Below, in pieces: positions 28,692 through 35,253 of a stretch of DNA of 64,000 nucleotides. The stretch spans positions 1 through 64,000 of the IMG/VR virus record IMGVR_UViG_3300020020_000002. One strand, 5' to 3'. The notes under the pieces were generated by a model. The model was not told where the DNA came from. It did no database searches and saw nothing but the letters and a program-made list of their open reading frames with translations. How positions within the stretch are numbered: the first letter of the stretch is position 1; each line of letters opens with the position of its first letter. Both the position numbers and the translations under genes were made by a program. This DNA is from a virus.

Positions 28692-30080
28692 TTAGAGTGA
28701 ACCGGTGGCGCTCCAGTCACCGAAGTCGGTGATCGGAACGAGGCCGAAGTCGGTCTGCTTGCGAGCGTAGGCCACGGCGCAAACCGCGTGCGGACGCTCG
28801 GGCTTGTAAGCCCGGCTGAACTGGTAGTAGTGGCGACCAAAGTCCTGCCAGACGTTGCGGTCGTTGTCCGCAAGGTTGCGCCACATCAGCTCGCCGCTGA
28901 TGCCCTGCGCCGGGAACTTGAAGCTGCCCTCGCCCGTGTAGGTTTCGGGTGCCAGCTTGCGGAAGGATCCCTTGCCGATCACGAGCAGCACCTCGTATTT
29001 GGCGTGCACCCATGCGGCGCTCGGCCGACTGCCGACCGAGTTGTCGACCTCGACCGCGATCTCGGGCTCGATGTAGACCGGCTGGCCGCTCGCGGTGACC
29101 GTGTTGAAGCGCAGCGGCTGTGGATCCACACCAAACGCCATGCCGCGGTAGGGGCCTTCCCACAGATAGCGGATGAGTGTGTTCTTGCCGAGGTCGTAGC
29201 TGCCCGCGGCAATGTAGCGGTGATCGTCGCGCACCTCGGCGTCGTCACGCAGGAAGTCGACGGCTTCGTGGCTCGCGATGACCTTCATCACCGGCTCGCC
29301 CTGCTTGCCTTCCCACGGTTCGACGAGCAGCACCTCGCGCATCATTCTGCATAGATGCTGCATAAGTTTGATCGTCGGCATCGCGTTCGGCAGGCCGATG
29401 TTCGGGAACGGGGTGTCGATCGACTGCATGTTGCCCTCGAACATGTCGGAAAACGACTTGCCTGCCTGCACGACCATTTTGCAACCCGAGCGGTCGACGA
29501 GCGTGATGCGCACGTCGGCGTTGTTGAGCTGCACGAGCTGGCCGCGGAGTGATTGCTCAGCCGCGGAGTAGGCGGTCTTGAAGGCCGACCACATGCCCTT
29601 GATGCAGACCAGCGGCCCCATGCCGCGATTGGTCGCCAGCTCATAGCTGTATTCGGTGCTGCCGACCTCGGCGCTGGGACCGACGGTGCCGCAGACATTG
29701 CGATCGAGGGTGAACGTGGGCCGCACGAGCGACTGGTTGAGCACGGCGCGCTCCTGCACGACCACGCGCTGCACGTCGCTGATGCCTGCCTCCAACGTGC
29801 CGCCCTCAAGGACGTCGACGTAGGGGCTCTTCTGCACGACGGCGCGGATGACTTGGCCGCGGATGCGGTTCTCGTCCTTGGCCGCGAAGTCGCTGACGTC
29901 GGCCGGGTCGATCGAATACGCGCCGCGGTTGCTGTCGCCGCTGCCGTAGTAGGTGTAACCGTAGGCCGGTGTTGGTGTGCCGATATAGCACGGAGCCGCG
30001 AGCAGGATTGCCGCGGCCAGAATGGTTTTTTGTTTCAAGATTGGATGCTTTGTAACGCGGATCCGATGCCGGGGATCCAT
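28692..30080 (-). CDS. major capsid protein candidate (462 aa; N-terminus and start uncertain)
   Basis: Position after portal/scaffold; own sigma70-like promoter with ~100-nt leader; two strong hairpins right after the stop; size fits HK97-type capsids. No family recognised by eye. N-terminus KQKTILAAAILLAAPC looks like a signal peptide; in-frame TTG at 30036-30038 is an alternative start. Confidence 0.5.
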   Translation of the reverse strand: MDPRHRIRVTKHPILKQKTILAAAILLAAPCYIGTPTPAYGYTYYGSGDSNRGAYSIDPADVSDFAAKDENRIRGQVIRAVVQKSPYVDVLEGGTLEAGISDVQRVVVQERAVLNQSLVRPTFTLDRNVCGTVGPSAEVGSTEYSYELATNRGMGPLVCIKGMWSAFKTAYSAAEQSLRGQLVQLNNADVRITLVDRSGCKMVVQAGKSFSDMFEGNMQSIDTPFPNIGLPNAMPTIKLMQHLCRMMREVLLVEPWEGKQGEPVMKVIASHEAVDFLRDDAEVRDDHRYIAAGSYDLGKNTLIRYLWEGPYRGMAFGVDPQPLRFNTVTASGQPVYIEPEIAVEVDNSVGSRPSAAWVHAKYEVLLVIGKGSFRKLAPETYTGEGSFKFPAQGISGELMWRNLADNDRNVWQDFGRHYYQFSRAYKPERPHAVCAVAYARKQTDFGLVPITDFGDWSATGSL

Positions 30081-30180
30081 TGCGGGGCGCGACTGCGCCT
30101 TTTACAAAGTCCGTTGTTGTGGTGGCGACTCACCCACCTTGCTCGATCGTTTGAGTAGAGTCGAGCGCGCTACTGATCCC

Positions 30181-30210
30181 GGTATAGAAGCGTTTCCTAG
30201 GAGTGGTCAA
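30181..30210 (-). promoter_or_regulatory. sigma70-like promoter for the capsid gene
   Basis: Minus strand TTGACC (30205-30210)-18 nt-TATACC (30181-30186), directly after terminator-oriented palindrome copy 3; about 100-nt leader to ATG 30080. Confidence 0.55.
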
Positions 30211-30222
30211 CGACCAAAAAAA

Positions 30223-30247
30223 TCAACTGCGTTTTAAACGCAGTTGA
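30223..30247 (-). terminator. 25-nt perfect palindrome, copy 3 (only copy with the T-run on the coding strand)
   Basis: Minus strand reads GAAATTCTCAACTGCGTTTAAAACGCAGTTGATTTTTTTGG, i.e. hairpin + T7, immediately upstream of the capsid promoter. Confidence 0.7.
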
Positions 30248-30359
30248 GAATTTCCGCTCGACGTCGCAGGATTTACGAATAACAGTGTCCTCATTAACGC
30301 CCGGCAGCGCGACTATGCTGCCGCGCTAGGTGCAGTCTATAGGCGCACCGCAGAGAGTT

Positions 30360-30398
30360 GAACGGCCCGGGTTTTTGCAAGCCCGGGCCGTTCTTTTT
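30360..30398 (+). terminator. canonical intrinsic terminator oriented on the plus strand (no plus-strand gene evident)
   Basis: GAACGGCCCGGG-10 nt-CCCGGGCCGTTC followed by TTTTT on the plus strand. Confidence 0.6.
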
Positions 30399-30491
30399 CC
30401 ACCGCTGGCAACCGAGATTAGGTGCCCACCCCGAGCGGATCACGGCGGGAGCACCGACTAGGCACATCGCTCCCCGCCCGAGGTGGACATT

Positions 30492-30626
30492 TCATTTGCG
30501 CTTTCGATGCGTGCCTTTGATCGTCCCTGCGTTTTGGCTCGCATGGAAGACCTGTTTCCCTTTTTTCGCGCCGTAAGTTTTCGTCATCGCTTTCTGGATC
30601 TTTTTGCCTTTGGGCGTGAGTGGCAT
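30492..30626 (-). CDS. small basic protein (44 aa)
   Basis: Track ORF trimmed to ATG 30624-30626 (MPLTPKGKKIQKAMTKTYGAKKGKQVFHASQNAGTIKGTHRKRK); strong SD GAGGAGGTG 7 nt upstream. Confidence 0.65.
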   Translation of the reverse strand: MPLTPKGKKIQKAMTKTYGAKKGKQVFHASQNAGTIKGTHRKRK

Positions 30627-30642
30627 GGTTCTCACCTCCTCT

Positions 30643-30993
30643 CTATTGTCCGTCGAGGAAACCACCGCTGCCGATGATCCGTTTGACCTCGTAGCGGTTG
30701 ACTGTGTCGAACACCGGGATCTTCTCACCGCTTTCGATGAGGTGGGCTAGTTCAATGAAACCGATCGCCAGTTCTTCGCGCTCGCCGTGGCAGGTCACAC
30801 GCGCCAGCACGATGCCCTCGCCTGCGATCGGTTTACCGTCGGCCCCGCCTTTGTGCATGGCGGTCGTTTCGAGCATGTAGGGCTGCTTGCGGCATTTCAC
30901 GCAGTAGAGGTGCCGCTGGCGCAGGTCCGGCCGCAGGCTCTTGAGATCGCTCGTGAAGTCTGCGGGCTGATCTTCGTGGATATCTTCGGGCAT
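30643..30993 (-). CDS. hypothetical protein (116 aa)
   Basis: Track ORF 30643..31815 trimmed to ATG 30991-30993 (MPEDIHEDQPADFTSDLKSLRPDLRQRHLYCVKCRKQ...); the long upstream extension is R/P/S-rich shadow. Confidence 0.6.
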   Translation of the reverse strand: MPEDIHEDQPADFTSDLKSLRPDLRQRHLYCVKCRKQPYMLETTAMHKGGADGKPIAGEGIVLARVTCHGEREELAIGFIELAHLIESGEKIPVFDTVNRYEVKRIIGSGGFLDGQ

Positions 30994-30995
30994 GA

Positions 30996-31367
30996 CTAAC
31001 CTCGGCGTGGATCTTGCGCTTCCTTTGGTGCCATTACTTCGGCGCACTTGCTGCAGTAGCGATCGAGCGGCACGTCGTGCGTGCACAGCGGCACCGGGTC
31101 CAGTTGGGTCACGGGCGGCACGTTGGCGAATCGCTTTTGCGCGGCCTTGATCCGCTCCTCCTGTGCTTGGATCTCCTCGACCGTGCGCAGCGCCATCCAC
31201 TTGCCGTGTGGATCCAGCGCGTGCTCGCGACCGCAGTCCTTGCAGGCGTAGTAGCGCACGCGGCCGTCGCGGATCGCTTTCTCGCGGTAGCGCAGCGCGG
31301 TGATGATGACGCCCATCAGGAAGCTGATGCAGGCGATGGTCAGTGGGTGGTCGAGGTATGGGTTCAT
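30996..31367 (-). CDS. membrane-anchored Cys-rich protein (123 aa)
   Basis: Trimmed to ATG 31365-31367 (MNPYLDHPLTIACISFLMGVIITAL...CKDCG...CSKC); ATGA overlap with upstream stop. Confidence 0.6.
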   Translation of the reverse strand: MNPYLDHPLTIACISFLMGVIITALRYREKAIRDGRVRYYACKDCGREHALDPHGKWMALRTVEEIQAQEERIKAAQKRFANVPPVTQLDPVPLCTHDVPLDRYCSKCAEVMAPKEAQDPRRG

Positions 31368-32935
31368 GGGATGTAGATCGAGAGCATGCGCGGATTGATG
31401 TAGAGGGCGGCGGTCGCCATATTGCTCGCTGGGTGGATGAGTGCAACGGCTTTTGACATGATAAGCACCTCGACGAAACAATTGATCGCGTCCTCGAATG
31501 TTTGGGGGTTTTCCACGTGGAAATCGTGCGCGCGATTCTCCGACCGGCGGGTCTTCGTGTAGGTCGCCGCGTTGAACTCCTTGGCGAAGTGCTGGAGCGT
31601 CTCCTCGTCGCTCGCGGCCACGAAGACGCGGGGCACGACGCCGAGGTCGCGCTTAGCCACGACCAGTGCGGCGCGGATCGCACCCTCGTATTGCTCGATC
31701 GTCTGCAGGTTGCCGGTGATCTGCTCGTTGGCGTGGTTGGCGCTCGCGCGGATCTGCACCGCGATGTAGGGCTTGTTGCCGAAGGCTGCGTCGGTGAAGG
31801 CCTCGGCCTCGGCAACCAGCTCGTCGCGCACCTGCCAGCCTAGCCAGTGCTGGTGGTAGATTTGTCGCCACGGGTCGTTCTTGTTCAAGTAGTGATCGGC
31901 CACGTATTGCGCGGTGAGGTGCCAGTCGGGATACATCGTGAGCAGCTCGAAGTTGTCGCGCGTGAAATCGAGCTGGCCCTTGGCTGGGTTGTTCGCGAAG
32001 AGCACGTCCCACAGGTTGCTCTTGTCCTCGGTGGCGTAGAGGTGATCGCCGGACCAGTTGACCAGCACGTTGTCGAAGATCTCGCAGCAGGTGGCCACGT
32101 TGTTGACGAGGCTGAAGAGCCCGCCTTCGTGGGGTTGAATGACGCAGTTGCGCATGACGTGTTTCTCTTTGTGTTTGGAGTAGACGCGGTGGTAGCCGCG
32201 GCTGGTCTTGGCGTTGGCGGCGAGCGTGCCGTCCTCGTGCATCTCGCGCACGAAGCGCACCGCGTTGGGCCCTTTGGCCCCGTGGAAGAGCGCCGGGATC
32301 GTGCCGTTCTTGCGCACTGCCTGCAGGTCGTCGCGGGTGTATTTGGTGATGTGGTAGTGCTGCACGATCGCGTCGACGTCCTCGCCGATCGAGAGCATCA
32401 GATGCCCGTGGAAGTGATCCCAGCCGCGGCGCAGGTTGGTCCCGTTGAGCTGCGGGTAGGTGCGCAGCAGGCCGATGCGGAAGATCGCGTTGCCGTTCAA
32501 GTGATCGACCGGCATGTTGTGCCCGTGGCCGACGGCCAGCTTGCCCCGGGCCTCGGCGTCCTTCCAGCAGGCCTTGAGCACGTCGATCCAGTCGCTGCGC
32601 AGCGGCACGCAGTCCGGCTCGAAGGTCAGCACACCGGTCTGGCTGCGATCCTTTTTGAAGGCCATCGAGATCCGCATCATCGTCTCGGCCCACAGGTCGT
32701 TCGGGCCCTCGGGCCAGCCCACGCCTGCGCGCTCGCCCTTGACGGACATCACCGTGCCGAATTTGGTCGAAGCTGCCCGGCACATTTCGCTGATGTGGAC
32801 CGGGTCGGTGTCGCGACGGTGTGCGACGCAGAAGACGTCGTCCTTGCGCATCGTGGGCTCGATGTCGCAGATCAGGCGCGTGAGTTCGACAGCTTGCGCG
32901 CTATCGGTTGGGCAGCATTGCAGGGCGAGGATCAT
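31364..32935 (-). CDS. two-domain glycosyltransferase-like protein (523 aa)
   Basis: Trimmed to ATG 32933-32935 (MILALQCCPTD...). C-terminal half (KPYIAVQIRASANH...VFVAASDEE...EVLIMSKAVALIHPASNMATAA) resembles fucosyltransferase/NodZ-type GT-B motifs; N-terminal half unassigned; ATGA overlap. Confidence 0.45.
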   Translation of the reverse strand: MILALQCCPTDSAQAVELTRLICDIEPTMRKDDVFCVAHRRDTDPVHISEMCRAASTKFGTVMSVKGERAGVGWPEGPNDLWAETMMRISMAFKKDRSQTGVLTFEPDCVPLRSDWIDVLKACWKDAEARGKLAVGHGHNMPVDHLNGNAIFRIGLLRTYPQLNGTNLRRGWDHFHGHLMLSIGEDVDAIVQHYHITKYTRDDLQAVRKNGTIPALFHGAKGPNAVRFVREMHEDGTLAANAKTSRGYHRVYSKHKEKHVMRNCVIQPHEGGLFSLVNNVATCCEIFDNVLVNWSGDHLYATEDKSNLWDVLFANNPAKGQLDFTRDNFELLTMYPDWHLTAQYVADHYLNKNDPWRQIYHQHWLGWQVRDELVAEAEAFTDAAFGNKPYIAVQIRASANHANEQITGNLQTIEQYEGAIRAALVVAKRDLGVVPRVFVAASDEETLQHFAKEFNAATYTKTRRSENRAHDFHVENPQTFEDAINCFVEVLIMSKAVALIHPASNMATAALYINPRMLSIYIP

Positions 32936-33150
32936 TTTTTCTTTTTGGGTTTGTGGTTTTGGTGGATCTTCATCAGGCCGCAGATGATCTCGATGCCAGC
33001 CTCGGAGAAGCACGCCCTGACGGCTGCTGCGCGCCGGAACTCTTCGTCTAACCACGGCGTCGACGCGTTGGCAATGTGCACATTGTAGGCACGGTCCAAC
33101 GCATCGATCGCCGTTTCACAGTCTGCGGGCAGGATGATCGGCCCGCTCAC
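32932..33150 (-). CDS. hypothetical protein (72 aa)
   Basis: Track ORF MSGPIILPADCETAIDALDRAYNV... Confidence 0.6.
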   Translation of the reverse strand: MSGPIILPADCETAIDALDRAYNVHIANASTPWLDEEFRRAAAVRACFSEAGIEIICGLMKIHQNHKPKKKK

Positions 33151-33153
33151 GGG

Positions 33154-33606
33154 TTAGAGCTTGAGGTTGTCGGCCGTCGGCTCGATGCGCGGCGAGTCGG
33201 GGTTGTAACTCTCGGGGTATGGGTTCGCGCCGATGCCTGTCTCGTCCTTGATGCGCTTGAGGTCCATACCTAACCACATGACGCCTTCCTGCAGCTTCAT
33301 GATGGCGGCGCTGCGCTCGGGTGTGTTCACCATCGCGCGCAAGGTTTGGATGATTTGATCGATGTTGACCCGCGCTTGCTTGATGGCGCGAATCTCGTTC
33401 TCGATCGGGTTGGTTTCGGGGCGTGGTAGCTCGTTGGATACTTCGGTTTCTTCGCTCATGGTGTTGGTTGGTTGATTGGCGCACTCTTCGGATTGGAGGA
33501 ACGTGCCGGGTCTTTGGTCGTAGTCGGACGAGCCGCACGCGTAGACGGTTCGTGGGCTATTATGATCGATCTCTGCGGCTCCGCAGCTTGGGCAGGTGTC
33601 GGGCAT
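33154..33606 (-). CDS. Zn-ribbon + helical-hairpin protein (150 aa); C-terminal half resembles the N4 gp49/Sf6 gp66 (Acb2-like) family
   Basis: N-terminal CPSCG...YACG; C-terminal RSAAIMKLQEGVMWLGMDLKRI...NPYPESYNPDSPRIEPTADNLKL recalls the T.LEEA.MW motif of that family (from memory, unverified); internal ATG at 33457-33459 is an alternative start. Confidence 0.4.
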   Translation of the reverse strand: MPDTCPSCGAAEIDHNSPRTVYACGSSDYDQRPGTFLQSEECANQPTNTMSEETEVSNELPRPETNPIENEIRAIKQARVNIDQIIQTLRAMVNTPERSAAIMKLQEGVMWLGMDLKRIKDETGIGANPYPESYNPDSPRIEPTADNLKL

Positions 33607-33608
33607 GG

Positions 33609-33785
33609 CTAGTATTGCTCGCCTTTGTAGGTGCCGTTGTTGATCTCCCGGGCGTATTTGATCGCGGTCGCAGCGCGCGACATCTGGCGCTCGGCCTCGC
33701 CGTAGTCAGGCAGCTCTTTCTGCATCGCGATCGCGGCGGCTTCGAGACAGATCGCCGCCTCCCGTTCGTATTGCTTGGCCTTCAT
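33609..33785 (-). CDS. small helical protein (58 aa)
   Basis: Last 58 codons of track ORF 33609..34511 from ATG 33783-33785 (MKAKQYEREAAICLEAAAIAMQKELPDYGEAERQ...); the rest of that ORF is R/P-rich; TAATG junction. Confidence 0.55.
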   Translation of the reverse strand: MKAKQYEREAAICLEAAAIAMQKELPDYGEAERQMSRAATAIKYAREINNGTYKGEQY

Positions 33786-34969
33786 TAGACCGGCTCGGGG
33801 AAGTAGGCGAAGTTGCCGAGGTGCGCGACCCAGCAGCCGAGGTCGAGATAGCTTTGGTGGCCTGCTTCCTTGGCTAGCTTGCAGAAGGCTGCGTCCTCGC
33901 CGCCTCGGCCGACCTCGTGGCCGAAGAAATTCCACGGTGCCTCGGGATTCTCGGGCGCGAGATCCGGCCGGGAGCGTTTGATGTCGTCGTAGACGCTGCG
34001 GTGCACGAGCAGGCACCCGGTGGCGCACCAGTCGACCTCCAAGAGCTTGTCCTTCGGCCCGCGCGATCGGATCGAGCTGATCGCGTCCTTCTCGTCGAGC
34101 GATGGCTGCGGCCGCAGGTCGGCCGGTGAGCAGATCGCACCCTTCACCCGGCGCTGCTGGTAGACTGCGCCGACGATCTTGCGGCCGTGCTTCATCAGGC
34201 GCTCCAGCGTCTTCTGCCGCAGGAAGTCGGGCGAGATCCGGTTCTGCGGGATCGCGAGGCGCTTCAGGTCGTAGAAGAAGGCCGGGTCGCCCCAGCTCGG
34301 CACGATATCGCCGTCGACCCACCACGACCACTCGGCCTCGCTCTTGAGGAAGTGATGCGCGCACAGGTTGCGCGCCTTCTGCACCAGCGTGTCGGTTTCT
34401 TGGAAGTAGCCAAGCCACGGCTGGCTTCGCAGTTGCGCCATGTGGGCGAAGTGCACCCACGGCAGGATCGGTAGCGCGAGCGGGGTGAGCATCATCGCCT
34501 TGCGCGACCACGAGCCGTTGAGCACCGCCTCCAGCACCGCGGCGAGGTTGTCGCTGCCGTTGAGCCGGACCTTGGGCCGCAGCTTGTCGATCAGCTCGGT
34601 GAGATCGCTGATCTTGTCAGCGTGCATCGGGATCGGCTCGTCCTTCGGTGCCGGTGGGAACTTCTCCTCCGGTGGGTGAAGGCCCGCTTGCGTCTCGCCT
34701 TCCGCTTCGAGGTCGAAGTCGTCGGCGTTAGGATTGAACTTGCTCTCGGTTTGCTCGGGTGTGTTGGGCTCGGGTGTGTCGGGCAACGTGTCGAGCACTG
34801 ACTGGGCCAGCTCGTAATTGACGATGACCTGCGCGGCGTCGACGCCGGGCTCGATCTTTTTCAGCCACGCCGCCGTCGGCTTGGCGCGCATGTTGAAGAA
34901 TACTTTCGCAGCGTCGGGATCGGTCATCACCCGGTCGCTGATATCTTGATAGAGGTCTTTGAGTGGCAT
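33785..34969 (-). CDS. glycosyltransferase-like protein (394 aa)
   Basis: Trimmed to ATG 34967-34969 (MPLKDLYQDISDRV...). C-terminal half has WWVDGDIV (DxD-like) and GEDAAFCKLAKEAGHQSYLD, as in GT-A type transferases. Confidence 0.45.
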   Translation of the reverse strand: MPLKDLYQDISDRVMTDPDAAKVFFNMRAKPTAAWLKKIEPGVDAAQVIVNYELAQSVLDTLPDTPEPNTPEQTESKFNPNADDFDLEAEGETQAGLHPPEEKFPPAPKDEPIPMHADKISDLTELIDKLRPKVRLNGSDNLAAVLEAVLNGSWSRKAMMLTPLALPILPWVHFAHMAQLRSQPWLGYFQETDTLVQKARNLCAHHFLKSEAEWSWWVDGDIVPSWGDPAFFYDLKRLAIPQNRISPDFLRQKTLERLMKHGRKIVGAVYQQRRVKGAICSPADLRPQPSLDEKDAISSIRSRGPKDKLLEVDWCATGCLLVHRSVYDDIKRSRPDLAPENPEAPWNFFGHEVGRGGEDAAFCKLAKEAGHQSYLDLGCWVAHLGNFAYFPEPV

Positions 34970-34974
34970 GGGAT

Positions 34975-35253
34975 TTACTTGGTTAGTTTTTCGTTGGTGA
35001 TGACACGCACAGCGTCGCCCATGCCTTCCGGCCATGGGCCAGCTTCGAGCAGGTTCACGTAGGGCGAGCTGCGCGTGATGGTTTTGATGAGGTCGCCTTT
35101 CAGTGGGTTGGCGACCACGATGTCCCACACAGTCATGCGCCGAGCAGGAGCCGTCACCTTGGCCAGCTCGACTAGCTGCGGCGCTAGTTTGGCCGCAACC
35201 GGTGCGCCGCAGATGACGGCAGCTAGCTTGAAGATGAAGCCCCGGCGATTCAT
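34975..35253 (-). CDS. 92-aa protein with twin-arginine-like signal; paralog of the capsid N-terminal segment
   Basis: Trimmed to ATG 35251-35253 (MNRRGFIFKLAAVICGAPVAAKLA...); ATGA overlap with scaffold stop; KGDLIKTITRSSPYVNLLEAGPWPEGMGDAVRVITNEK aligns with capsid RGQVIRAVVQKSPYVDVLEGGTLEAGISDVQRVVVQER. Confidence 0.6.
   Translation of the reverse strand: MNRRGFIFKLAAVICGAPVAAKLAPQLVELAKVTAPARRMTVWDIVVANPLKGDLIKTITRSSPYVNLLEAGPWPEGMGDAVRVITNEKLTK

Noticed and set aside
30420-30495. 25-codon ORF starting at an ATGA overlap with the stop of the gene at 30492 (MKCPPRAGSDVPSRCSRRDPLGVGT)
   Set aside because: Poor composition and mixed third positions, and it runs into the structured non-coding region. 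It is probably fortuitous.
31653-32783. Long minus-strand alternative-frame ORFs and N-terminal extensions of track ORFs (e.g. 31653..32783, 5552..6367, 33609..34511 upstream part, 58330..60009 upstream part, 43964..44551, 55940..56593 upstream part)
   Set aside because: They have Arg/Pro/His/Ser-rich shadow composition. They overlap genes with clear motifs or natural composition. The real products start at internal ATGs that form stop-start overlaps.
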